A stretch of DNA of 64,000 nucleotides from Tubiluchus corallicola (lineage: Eukaryota > Animalia > Priapulida), in the NCBI GenBank assembly GCA_030141605.1, contig JAQGDQ010000084.1, positions 1 to 64,000 of the forward strand, written 5' to 3'. Within the stretch, counting starts at the first letter, position 1. Every line of letters begins with the position of its first letter. The translations under genes were made by a program, and so were the position numbers. Of this stretch, positions 1 to 54,104 are shown piece after piece. The notes under the pieces are model-generated. The model was not told the origin of the DNA. It worked only from the letters and a program-made list of their open reading frames with translations, and did no database searches.

Positions 1-240
1 AAACTAGACAAAGTTTAAAGATAAAAATTCATATTTCAAATTTACCACTGCGCTCACGCATTAGGTGCTGAACGTGTGTAGGGCACACCCAGGCAGGTGT
101 GCAATAACAAAATTTTACCCAGGCAATTAGATGGAAACAGAACTGAGTTGGTTTGAATGTGACATGACAATGGAAAAGCACAATTTGTTGATAAAATCAC
201 GGTGTGAACAAGATACTAACTGCGAAACTTGCCTTATAAT

Positions 241-740
241 CGATAACAATCAATTACCTTTACCTGTGAGTTGTGATAACAATCAATTACCCGTGAGTTG
301 TGATAACAATCAATTACCTGTGAGCTGTGATAACAATTAATTACCTGTGAGTTGTGATAACAATTAATTACCTGCGAGTTGTGATAACAATCAAATACCT
401 TTGCCTGTGAGTTGTGATAACAATCAATTACCTATGAGTTGTGATAACAATCAATTACCTGTGAGTTGTGATAACAATCAAATGCCTTTACCTGTGAGTT
501 GTGATAACAATCAATTACCTGTGAGATGTGATAACAATCAATTACCTGTGAGCTGTGATAACAATCAATTACCTGTGAGCTGTGATAACAATCAATTATC
601 TGTGAGTTGCGATAACAATCAAATGCCTTTACCTGTGAGTTGTGATAACAATCAATTACCTGTGAGTTGTGATAACAATCAATTAAATGTGACCTGTGAT
701 AACAATCAATTAAATGTGAGATGTGATAACAATCAATTAC

Positions 741-753
<13 letters not shown>
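241..753. repeat. 27-bp (some 33-bp) minisatellite, about 18 units, overlapping the TopBP1 exon 32 donor
   Basis: Unit GATAACAATCAATTACCTGTGAGTTGT. Confidence 0.95.
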
Positions 754-42427
<41,674 letters not shown>

Positions 42428-45329
42428 TTAGCTTATTTGTAAAAGCAATCAATCCTCCATCTGATGTCGACCTAGCGAAATGACTTTGTGCGCAAATACA
42501 CTGAAAAAGAATTCCATTGGTAAATAACTGTACCTCGTGTAAGAGTTATCAAAATTTGCTTGTACCATTTTAACTATCATCACATTGTTGAAAAGAACTA
42601 TAGAAAGGCATGCTAAGGAAGTCAAGAAGTGCTTAGTAACTTAAATTAAATTGGGTCTACTTAGTAACTAGATAGGCGACTGCCGGGAAAACAGTTTTTG
42701 GGCAGTTTCATCTACTGTATGCAAAGGCTCAAGGCCTGGGATGTGGGGGTTTTTTATGTTAAAATACCTCAGACATTTACACAATTTCAACACGCTCTAA
42801 ATATTAACCTAGGAATAAAGTAAACTGTAAGCAGCCCAAATTTTAGTGGCGCTTTTGTAAAACTCGTAAAGATCATTTAGCACAAATATATTAAATGGTT
42901 TAGTAGTTGCCGAGAAAATAGCATATTATATAAGGTGGAGCACGACAGAATCAATTGAAAATTATCATGCTGTTGTGACAGACGTTTTTGAATAAAAAAT
43001 GTCATTCCGCTTAGATTACAACAAATAGAAAAATTAATGACGGAAATAACTTTGTTATTATACGTGTATGTCGATGTAGTCGAACTTTAGTCTGCAAGAG
43101 TTCAGGCAAAAATCAGCAAAACACTCCGAATAAAAACCCTGTATGGGTTAAATTCACTCGTACGCAGAGGTCATCTGAAGCTCAACATAGCCATTTTTTT
43201 TAATATCTTTCGTCGGATGCATATAAACCTTACTACTATGGGGAATGAAGTCAACGAACATTGGCAACTACCCATTTCAAATCTCTATATGAATTGATAT
43301 TTTAATTAATTGGGAATTATGTGTGGCTTGCTTTCAATAGTTGAAACAGACTACCATAAATAAAAATGAAAAAAACTCGTACTGAACAATTTATTTACAT
43401 AACTCATAATTAAATGACAGCAAAATATGAAAAAATTGTTGAAATTCAATTAGTCACACAAATTACAGCGCAAAATTTAGATGACTTACTAACAAAATTT
43501 AAATACAAAAGAAAATAAAGCAAACAGAAAACAAATAAATAAGAAAAATGTGTGTAATTTTATTTCTAAAACATAACAAGTCTACATAACCAATATCCCA
43601 ATCAGTACATTACATAATTTTTCATCAAACTACTCTCAAATTTTCACCTTAAAAGTATTTACATTACTACTGTACTACTTTACAATCTACTAGTACACAC
43701 GGAGTACAGTAGTACAATATTTACAATATTAGAACATATTCATTACACACTGACTGTTCAAAGTATTTCAAAACCATAAAAATGATTTTAATGTTGCTAA
43801 TCATTTGTATGACAAAATAAATACCATGTTATAGCGGGATACCACTAAAATATTTTCTGCTTGGCAATCATACAAAAAATATAGCTTAGCACAATAATAT
43901 CATTTTGTACAAAGTACAGCTTGCAAGCTAAATTAAACTCATTTATTTTAAATTTTAAAGAGAAAACTGGATGATTGTGTAAACATTAGCGCTCTAAAAT
44001 ATTGAAAACAGCAATAGCTTTTTTAAATCAGAGCTTAGATTAAACAATAATTACCTCGGATACTCATACTTAAACTTTCAAAGCTACGCGCGGCTCAGTG
44101 AACCTACTGAGAATGGCAGCGGCACCTTTCTGTCACGTGCGTGTGGCCAACAAATAGAAGGCGGTACAGTGATAGCCATGATCATGAACCGCAGTGTTAG
44201 TATCAGACGTCATATGACGTAGAGTCCATTTTCGTGACATCATGCGTTTAAGCAGTAACACTTACGCAAACGTACTCGAAGATGTCTACCATTGCACAAA
44301 CTGTGGTTAGTTTCTGACATAAGCAATAGCTGTGTTCGGTTGCCATTAATTAACTTTCTACACTAATTATTGAAATATAAGAAACAATTGCTAACTTTTA
44401 TAGGCAAGAAAATGTAGATTTTGGACAGTAAATTAAAATGAGATTGAGTCTAAACAATCGTTCGGTTTTCCTTTAAGCGGCAATATGCATTGACAACACA
44501 GCATTTCTATCTTAGACATTAATTAATTTAATTGAATTTATTTGTTTCATACAAAAAACAATACACAGCAAAGTATAACTGACAAAATAGTAATTAAAGA
44601 GGAAGACGGGGTAGAGAAACACCCTACGGTCACTGAGCATCCACCCCTCACTCATATACTATGTGATAAAAATGCAAGTTGGGAGAATTACACACAAATT
44701 ATATATAAAGAAAATTCAACAGCAATTATTACAAATTAGTGGTGGGGTGATTATTTGATTATAATCAATTTAAGCTTTTATTTCCAATTATCAATTCAAT
44801 TGCCGATACAAATTGATACAACAAAAGATAGATGAACACCGATTGTGCTACCAATGTCATTTGTACTTATTTTTTGGACAAAAAACGCACAGTAAACATA
44901 GCTGACATTGTGGTGAAATCAGGCAAAATGACACAACCTTAGTACAGTAACTTATCAGCTTGGCAATGCTGCTCATATATGTACACTTTTAAATTTTTCT
45001 ACCAACATTTTAATTAAAACAGCAATGGTTATGGTAATAAACCTGTTACTCTCAAAAAGTTATTTGTTAAAAATTTCAAAATTACTAATTTTTTATGTAC
45101 AACGCCACTTATAATCAATCATCAAATCAGTTTTACACCCCATTGATTATAAAACTGAAAACACGTGTCTCACCATTACTACAAACTTCAATGCACCAAA
45201 ACAAAAAACTACAGCACTTCTCCGAGCTCCACAGAAAAAGAAATCAGAATTACGGCAGAAAACTTTGATCATAATTGCTTTATAACTCATTCATTATTTT
45301 ATTCTTTATAAACGTTTATTCAAGCAGCT

Positions 45330-45592
45330 TAAATTCAAGTCATTTTTTCTCTTTCTTTCATTGCTGAAAAATACAGCTTAATTAACTGTTTATTTGTATC
45401 ACTGCAGTTCTTTTTAATTAGTTAATCAACTTATCTATGTTAATACAAATTATAACAAAAACGTTAGTTATTATTATTTTGCACAAAGCTGATTCGAAAT
45501 AATTTTATATGTATGCATTATTTGACATGTATGTACTCTATTGAGTTTTGCCAATGTACATTACAAGTATTTGAGCAACAAATTAATTTGAA
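45330..45592 (+). repeat. Dispersed repeat, probable retroelement 3' tail (second copy about 52108-52378)
   Basis: Shared TCAAGTCATTTTTT..GTTAATACAAATTA..TTTTGCACAAAGCT..GTATGTACT..TATTTGAGCAA; the 52xxx copy ends AATAAA+(TTGAA)n. Confidence 0.7.
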
Positions 45593-45704
45593 CATTTAAC
45601 ATTGATACACTTTCAGAAAGTAAGCATAATTTAACTAGTGTTTTACATTAAAATGTTTTAGAGCAAGCAAAGTTCTTTCGAGAAAACAGCTAGGGCTCCA
45701 AATT

Positions 45705-46124
45705 TCACAAAGTTGCTAAAATGCGAGTAAACGATATAACAACAAGAATAACAGTTTGGCCAACACCCCACAGAAATGCATAGAATGTTGGCATCACAAT
45801 ACCGGCAGATATGTACACTCCAGCAATGGCTGCGCTTGTAAGAACGCCACCTGTCAATGGCGATATCACTCCCATTCCCAGAATAACTATAGGAACCCAT
45901 CGGCCAATTTTGTGACTACGAAGCCGACAAAAAGAAATTCCTGAAGCAGCTATATGGATGAACAGAGAGGAAAACAGTGCCCACAGAAACACTTGATACC
46001 ATATTTGTCCAAATTTGACCAAAGGTTTATCTCGAGTAAAACCAATTACATTTAGTACCGAGTCAAAAACAGATTCTTGTTGATAAGCCTCGGCTTGTGC
46101 AAGTTTGATATCTTCATAATTCAT
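45705..46124 (-). CDS. TMEM170: Transmembrane protein 170 (ER/nuclear envelope), intronless, 139 aa from ATG 46124
   Basis: F-x-x-x-WYQVFLWALFSS, LRSHKIGR, TGGVLTSAAIAGVY, GVGQT and C-terminal RILATL are TMEM170 hallmarks. Confidence 0.93.
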   Translation of the reverse strand: MNYEDIKLAQAEAYQQESVFDSVLNVIGFTRDKPLVKFGQIWYQVFLWALFSSLFIHIAASGISFCRLRSHKIGRWVPIVILGMGVISPLTGGVLTSAAIAGVYISAGIVMPTFYAFLWGVGQTVILVVISFTRILATL

Positions 46125-46201
46125 TGTTAGTATCCAAAACTCTGGTATCACTATGCTGAACAAGAGAGTCAATACTTTTATATAATCTATACCCGAAGAA
46201 T

Positions 46202-46510
46202 CTATGCTGAAGATTGCTTGTAACCTTTTGTCTCGATTATTTTTCTGCCGCACATCGCACAAATTCCTTTTTTATATGCACACCCTTGACAATAATGTGA
46301 ACCAACTTGATGCACTGACGATTTACAAATTTTGCACTTAGTAAACTGCGAGGTCTCTCCGTAGGGAGCGAATCGAGCTTTCTTGGCAGTTAATGCTTTA
46401 TTTTCACCCACTTTTCTGCCGCCGAATTCGGTTGTATTCCTTGCACCAGTTTTCCACGGATCCGGCGTTATTACTTTTCCTAACTTCTTCTCACACTTTG
46501 GGCAAACCAT
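46202..46510 (-). CDS. CRIPT: Cysteine-rich PDZ-binding protein CRIPT, intronless, 102 aa
   Basis: MVCPKCEKKLGKVITPDPWK...CKICKSSVHQVGSHYCQGCAYKKGICAMCG...YKQSSA closely matches the CRIPT family. Confidence 0.97.
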   Translation of the reverse strand: MVCPKCEKKLGKVITPDPWKTGARNTTEFGGRKVGENKALTAKKARFAPYGETSQFTKCKICKSSVHQVGSHYCQGCAYKKGICAMCGRKIIETKGYKQSSA

Positions 46511-46617
46511 TTTGATAAACGGATAACGTCTTATTCATAACTCTTAACTAACTTCGAAAGCGGTGATTTCTCCACAAAATCTTTAATCGAGCTGTTCATT
46601 TGTTGAGTTTTCATGGT

Positions 46618-46696
46618 GCCGCCATCAAGCGACAAAAAAGAAAGCTATTTAGAAAAACTTATTTTAGTGCTAATTTTATTTTCACTTTTTTCGCGC
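46618..46696 (-). promoter_or_regulatory. Candidate promoter/5' leader motifs upstream of CRIPT (YY1-like GCCGCCATC, E2F-like TTTCGCGC)
   Basis: GCCGCCATC at 46618-46626 and TTTCGCGC at 46689-46696; motif matches only. Confidence 0.3.
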
Positions 46697-49519
46697 TCAT
46701 AACTGTTGCACATAATTACTTTACTTTTGCACGATAATATTACGATAACGTCAAAGTGACCAAAATAAAGCTCGGCTTCAAATATTCACAAAAGAGTTAT
46801 TAAAAATTGTCATTTAATTATCCAAAATTCACCTCTGCAATAACTGTCTGCTTCAGTGACAGCAAATAGGCAACATAGCAACATACATCGTTTCTGAGCT
46901 CGAAAACAGTGAACAGATAGGTAAATACCATCACATCGCAATAATGAACGAGAAGACATACATAAATTCAGAATGCAACTTGCAAGGAACTGCAAAGCTG
47001 AGCTAAATTTCCAAAACCTTAGAAAGAAACAAAGTTAATAACAAAAACTAAATGTTTAACATTCATTACTGACCTCAAAAGCTATTTCAGTGAGCAGAGA
47101 TCTTGTAAAATATCTGTGATTGCATTTATGGGTATTCACATCATAGAGGGGAAGCCAGATTCTACAGCGTGTATAATTTATTCCTTCTTTATTATGAAAA
47201 CTCAATTTTCCGTACACAGAAAAAATGATTTGACAATAAAGTGCGGATCCGTGCAAATACGTGGCTTTCTGTGCGGACACAGTGGAAATGACGAACACAT
47301 AAAACAATGATTTACAAAAGCGCACTATTGCTTCATTTCTTTTCCGTGTGAATCATACAGAAAAAGTCCGTGTCTACGCGGGCACAGTGAAAACGCGGCC
47401 TTAGTGGTACAGATGTGATAATGCGCTATGTTCCGATCGTGCCACAATCATCAATACTGAGTACACCCTAGCTCATTATGCATTTCGTTTCGAATTAAAA
47501 AACTAGAAGGAAAACTTAGGAAACAAACTAATTTCCTGAATTTGTTTCTTATAGCAGAAATTAGTAATTAAGTTATAAGACTATTTGTACAAAATTACCA
47601 GTTTTACTACATAGAGCCAAGTAGCACAAAATCTTTTTCAAGCTATGAAAGTATAAAGAAGATTCTTAGATTTTTCGTGCAAAATTCTGCAGAGTTTCAC
47701 TTATTACAGTAGTAAAAGTAGTACTAAGATTTTATTTACTGTTCGTTATTTTCTTTACTAAAGAAAAATTAGCCAACGGCTACTTTCCGACAAATTAAAG
47801 AAAAAACAAAATAAGAATCCTAAAACAATGCACACAATTATGAATTCAGAATGCATTTGACTGCGCACTGCAGGGCTGGTAGGCATATCAATAGATGTAA
47901 GTATATGTAAATACGTATACTATGCATAAATATATATATATAATATATATATGTATATATATACCAAGCAAATGTATGTACAGTAAACTACTGTACAAAT
48001 TACTGGTCAACCTCTATCGTAGTCTGAGTAGCATGGTTAATAGAATTCGGGAATAATAAATTTGGAGCCATAAACCCATACAGTTATAATATAGATCTAG
48101 TCATTTATGACAGAGAATTTGGTTGAAAGAGAATTTTAATGTAAAGTTCTGTCATATTTATCTACCTTGTAAGATAAGCCACAGATTCTATTCTCACTTG
48201 CACTGGTGTGAATGTAACAATTACGTAAACTTACGAACCCATTTGTGCAGTTATTTCAACGATAGTCTGGGGGAAATAGCGTGCATTTAGACGGATAGGT
48301 ATGAATGGTGATTAATTATACCGTGAAAGCCTTGGAAGAGCAAAAAACAGCTTTTGTTGTACAGACTGGCCAGGCTGCTCCTGCTTATCAGCAACATGGA
48401 ATGTACAGAATTAGTAGTTTAAACCTTCAATTCCTGTACAGTCATACATTCATTTTCGAACGTCTCAGTAATTGTAGCAATCATCCATGCCACTAACTGT
48501 TTTTTTACTACATCTACTGCTAGACTTTGAAAGAAGTGCACTGAAGAAAGAAAAGAAAGCACAAGGAGGACAGCTACTGACTTAACTCACCTTCGTGGTG
48601 AGTAAACACTGATTTTCGTCTCTTGCACCAATCTCTCATTCACTGAGTAGCTAGCCAAAAAACACCCTTGTCCAGTTATTCGTTGTTGGTTTGCTCCCCT
48701 CCCAATATACCAAACTGGTATTAAAATAGGTTTCTTGCAAGGAGTTACGAATCAAGTTTATGTTTGAAACTATTTGCATTATTTGCGCTCACTAATGATT
48801 CCGGTAACGAGTTCTACAGTATCACTTCGGCTTGTGAAAAACTATGCCGATACTTTTCAGTATTATTTTTTTACCCTATGCTTGAACAATTTAACACTAT
48901 ACTCACATGTGATGCTTCTATAGTATTAATTTCGGCAGTCTTTTACCGCTAAGCGATCATATCGAAATCGGCAATCGCTCGGCGAAAATCGAGCGGGACC
49001 TGAATCGTAAAACTAAAAGAGCGCCTTAAATTCATCACATAAATTTCAACCAAAACGATTTTAACACACTATTAGATACCAAAAATACAGAAACATGGGA
49101 GATTGTGGGTGACACGGCAGAATGGTCTAAAGTGACTGTAAGAGTCTAATTCATCTCAACTCCAGAAATGAGATGAATGACGCTAGACAAGTTATACGAC
49201 TCGCGTCGACAGGTCTGAAAGGAGTCACGTAAGTAAATGTTGCGCCTTACTTAAACCAAAAATCATATTTAACAGCCCTTTCTGTTATTCATTACCGAAA
49301 ATGACGAATCAATCACTAATAAAAAGCACATACCAAAATTAGATCCTACTCACCGTTTCTCAAAACAGGGAAATAAGAAATTGGCGCTTGTCAACGATTT
49401 TTAGTTTATAATACGGGAAATCCTATTTGTCGGGTAGCTCAAGTGATTTCGAGATAGCAGAGCGACCACTCTGTCGGAGAACTGTATTGATGACATTTGA
49501 AAAGGCGAGTTATCTGGTT

Positions 49520-51520
49520 ATAATACAGCCAGCTTGCAACACTTCCAGAATATCAAATAGAATTGTTTAAGATAAATAACAGAAAGTTTTCATGCCAAGA
49601 TTGTACAGTAAAAAAGTACAAGATTGATAAGGCAGCAGCTGCAACATGGTCTGGTGTATGTAGTAGGGGTGAGCATTTTCTACCAGAAAGCGAATTCGAA
49701 TCGAACCGAATTTGTGACTGTCGAATTCGAATCGAACCGAACTTCAGTGTTTCGAATTCGAACCGAATTCGAATTGAGATTGAAAGATTTTCGAACTAGT
49801 TTTCGAACCACCAGTAAAAATTAGTCTTACGAAGATCACTAGACTTTGTTCTGCAATAAAACGACTAGTAATTTGTTTAAAATTGGGCACAGAAATCACT
49901 GCTAAATCACGCTAATTGCATGTTGTTTCAATCGTTTTAGTGATAAAGAACATATGTGATTGAAGTGCTGAATTATTCGAATCTATAGTTTTGGATTTGA
50001 ATCGAGTTCGAGCTAACAAAAACTCGTTCGAATCGAATTCGAGCGTTCGAATTCTTACGTTCGATGCTCACCCCTAGTATGTAGTGAACCACAAGTGTGT
50101 TAAGAAACTGTTAAGAACTGACAAAAATGTTAAGAAACTGAAAAGTAAGCTAAAGGAGTGTGATGAATTCAATAGACATCTCTCCGATGAGATCCGTAAA
50201 TCACAAAGTGGGTTAGCTGATGTTTTACAACAGAACATTGATTTGGGAGATAAGATAAATGAGCAAAAAAAAGAAATAGCTGAATTAACTAAATGCCTGT
50301 TCATCTTGGAGAATGATTATGAAAAAGCACAAAACCAACAGAAGGATCAAAATAAGTCAAATGCAAGTGAAATGGATAGAGTGAAACAAGAGTGTAGTAA
50401 GTACAAGGAAAAGTTGGAGAATAAAGTGTCGCAAGTACTTGAAAACAGTAGAACTATTGCAAATATGAATAAGTACGTTGAAGACTTGAGGATGACCAAT
50501 GAAACGTTAGAACTCGAAAACGCATCTAATGGTAACAAAAATTGAATGAGACAAAAGGCTGTGGTGAAAATAAGTGATGATGTGTGCAGTGAAGGAAGTG
50601 ATGATGATGGTGAAGGAAAGGTTGATATAAATGATGTGAATGATAATCATAATCACTTTAGTGAAAGTGATAAAGGTATTATGCAAGCAAATGCAAAAAC
50701 GTATGCAGTGCTACGCACAAAGGCTATATTGTGAGTTCCGACATTACTTGTTAAAAGATGACCATATTGAAGATGCAAGCTTTTGTAAAAGTAGAATATC
50801 CCAACAGAGACTCTTGTGTCACACATTTCAAAGGGGTCTATGGTGTGAACGCGGGCATAGTTGTTATTATAGACATTATTATTTACCAGGTGAGGAAACA
50901 AATCATGGTGATAGAAAAGGTAGTTCTGAGGAATCCAGTATAAGCAGAGAATTGTGTTGGAACTTTGAACAAGGGATAGAATGTCCCACAGGTGACGGTT
51001 GTAGATTCAGACATAGATATACTGATTGGGAAAATAAAGAATACGAAGAAGGAAGTTGGTTGCCTAGTTACCAAAGAAACCTTAACACAAATAGATCTGG
51101 GTATAATAGGCAAAGACCTTTTCAAAGGAGAAATGGGTTTTCAGTAAACATAGATAATTTAGATAGTAGAAGGGGGAAAAATCAGTTAGAAGAACTAAAC
51201 AGCAAAGTAAATTTTTTAATGAAAAGACTAAATCCAGTAGAAAATCATATATACCCCAACAGAGATATATGGAATTAAGCCCACGGGCAATATTATCCAA
51301 TGGATTCACAACAAATGGGGGCTCAGCAAGTCAATTCCCAACAGTAAATAAGCGTAAGGAAAATAAGAAAAAACAAAGAAGATCTACAAAAAAAGAAAAA
51401 TATAAAGATTTCAAAATTTTATATGTATAAATATTCGGGGCATTAAATCTAAATTAGAGTCCCTAAAAGAAATTGTTTGTAAGAAGAATCCAGTCGTAAT
51501 AGCAATAGTCAAAACATACA
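49520..51520 (+). mobile_element. Degenerate LINE 5' portion: ORF1 (C-x2-C finger remnant, coiled coil, two CCCH fingers) plus start of ORF2 AP-endonuclease
   Basis: YQIELFKINNRKFSCQDC; coiled-coil ORF 50084-50545; CCCH fingers at 50817-50876 and 50955-51014; FKILYV/NIRGIKSKLESLKEIV...PVVIAIVKT at 51410-51519; stops and frameshifts present. Confidence 0.72.
49664..50076. mobile_element. hAT-like MITE inserted in the LINE relic
   Basis: TIR TAGGGGTGAGCAT / ATGCTCACCCCTA; perfect 8-bp TSD GTATGTAG. Confidence 0.92.
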
Positions 51521-52377
51521 TGCTCTTAGCAATTTTAAAAGAATTATTCGATGTGACAGTATGTGTGAATTTACAAAATGATTGTGGTGAAACACAGGAA
51601 ATTTTACCTGGTAATTAATAATAATAAATTTAAAATTCGTCTTGGAGTAATATATGCCCCACAAGAAACTTGAACATAAACACAGAACTATTCATTGCAG
51701 CAATATATTGCCCAATCAATTATGAACGTATAATAACTTCAAATTTGAGTGTGGAAGACTAGTGCACAAGGGAATTTAGATTTAGATTTATTTATTCATC
51801 TATTTAGCACAATACAAAAATACAAGTTAAGCAATTACAGACTAACAATGCATTACAGTACTATGAGTGCAGCAGTAGAAAATAACTTATGAGCTGTGCT
51901 CATCATGGATAAGACAAAAGTAATGACATAAACAACAACAAAAGTAAATTAAATAAGACGAAGCACACCGAAGCGAGAAAACGATAATGGCGATGTTGAT
52001 GATGATGATAATAATAATGATGACAACGATGGTCATATTAATGCTGATGACAATGTTCATGGTTTAGTTTTTATAAACTTTTACTCAAATAGGTGAAACA
52101 AATACTACTCAAGTCATTTTTTCCTTCTCTTTTCTTACTGAAAAATACAACGTATAACTGTGATATTTAATTATTTAGCTAACTTATCGATGTTAATACA
52201 AATTACAACAAAAATGTTAATTATTATATTATTACAATGACTGAAAATAAACTTTTGCACAAAGCTTACAATTTTGATTTAATTTTAAATGTTTGCAATT
52301 TTTGATATGTATGTACTGTATCGTGCTTTTGCAATGTACGTCATATATTTGAGCAATAAATTGAGTTGAATTGAATT

Positions 52378-52381
52378 GCTG

Positions 52382-52452
<71 letters not shown>

Positions 52453-52472
52453 ACTACAACTACTACTACTAT
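52378..52472. repeat. (CTA)n(CTG)n compound microsatellite
   Basis: Direct inspection. Confidence 0.95.
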
Positions 52473-52884
52473 TCGTAAAATTTTGGCAGCCGTTATACAG
52501 TGCACGACATGCTCAGCATTCAGGCCGTTATCAATATTATCTCTCAACAGACAGACATACTGTGATACTAGTCGTGGATCAAAAGTCCCCAATCCACAAT
52601 GAAAAGATTTTTCATATTGCATGCTTAATAACAACTTAACAGATTAGTTTTTACGTAAGTTTAGACTTTAGGGGCTGCAGCGCAGTTTTAAAAATTAACA
52701 TATATTTTATCCAAACAATGTTATTTTAAATATTACTTTAGCAGTTTTTCGTTAAGTTATCCTCGTTTGACACCTTTGCTTAGTTCTATAGTAGATGACA
52801 CGTAGCAAAGTTGTTGCTTTTTATTAAGGTTTTCTGAATTTCCCTGAGGCAAAATATTGTAAGTAACCGGCACACAGGCGTCTC

Positions 52885-53064
52885 TTTTTTTCCTGTGGCG
52901 TTTTACCTACTTTTCTATTAAATCATTTTTTCCTGTGTCATTTTTACTGTGCCACTTTTTCCTGTGCCATTTTTTCCTGTACCATTTTTACCGTGCCATT
53001 TTTTTCTGTGCCTTCCAGTGCCATTTTTACCGTGCCACTTTTACCTGTGCCATTTTTTCTGTGC
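52885..53064. repeat. Degenerate tandem repeat of about 15 bp
   Basis: TTTTT(C/A)CTGTGCCA units. Confidence 0.8.
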
Positions 53065-54017
53065 AACCACGCACATGACATGAGTAAAAATTTGTGACAG
53101 ACAACTTGCTACAGACAGATTTTGAAGTGTGTGCGCTGGGTATTGTGATTGTCTGACCAAAGATTTAATGTGTTTTGAAAAGGAAAGGGAAAGTGGAATG
53201 TTTACTATTGAATTTGTCATTCTTCAAATTCAAAAGTTTTTGGTTAATGTATTGTAATTGCCAGGATACTGTATTTTGCTTTTTTTACCTTTTTTCTTTC
53301 TTTTGCAGTTCGCATACATAGTCTCTTTATACTTATAGATATATGTTATAACTTCCATAAACAAACAGGTGACATAACTATTACTTCTCTTAATGTTACT
53401 GATTTAAATTTCATCTCACTATGTTTAGCTATGTATATCTGATAACCTTAACTTTGATTCAAGTTAAATTTTATCTTGCAAATGTTTTTTTTTAACATTA
53501 AAATATTTTCTTTTTCATCTGATTTTGTGTTTTGGACCATATATGATTATTTTTAATGCATGACTATTTTTTCTTTAGGTACGACTGGTTTTTGTTTTTT
53601 GTCGTTGTTCTATTTTTATTTTTTGTGTTTATGGACATTTATGTCTTTTTCATAGTTGTGTTTTTCTGTCATTAGTGCCTTTTTTGTTTACTTGTCTTTC
53701 TGAGAAGGGTGGTTGACTCGTTAACCTTTGGTTGTTCACCACCCTTTCTCCTATATTCATTTGTATTTTTGTATATTTTATTGTTAAATTAATGTAAATT
53801 TATGGAGAAAAATAAAAAATTACTTGCAACTTGAAATGTTCTGGTCATCCGTTACCGATGACATTGCTACAGTTAAATAAGCTGTAGGGAATAAAATTTA
53901 TTTCGTATTCTTCAGTTTTGACTATAGGTAGTTTCAACTTGTTGGTGTTTCTAGTATTGTAAATACGCACAGAAAACTGTATACTTACATATTCATGCTT
54001 TTGTCAGTGTAATTGCA

Positions 54018-54104
54018 ATGGACAAGGAAGTCCTAGCTGGGGATGAGGCTGATCAGTATGTAGAACAACCGTTACCAGCTGCCGAATGTCATCCTGATTT
54101 GCAG
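54018..54104 (+). CDS. SNX4: SNX4 coding exon 1 (MDKEVLAGDE...HPDLQ)
   Basis: ATG 10 nt after TTTTGTCAG|; donor CAG|GTAATT; phase 0 fits. Confidence 0.7.

Noticed and set aside
46125-46262. 185-aa TMEM170 starting at 46262, or a CRIPT-TMEM170 fusion by readthrough or frameshift
   Set aside because: That start is TTG inside CRIPT; the frames differ so stop readthrough cannot fuse them; no canonical X XXY YYZ slippery heptamer is in the right phase
48290-48600. Exon-like plus-strand segments with splice-like flanks
   Set aside because: No recognisable protein and stops in the candidate frames; could be non-coding exons but cannot be supported
49108-49140. tRNA-like 5' half (GGCAGAATGGTCTAAAG)
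   Set aside because: No B-box/T-arm or acceptor stem at the expected distance
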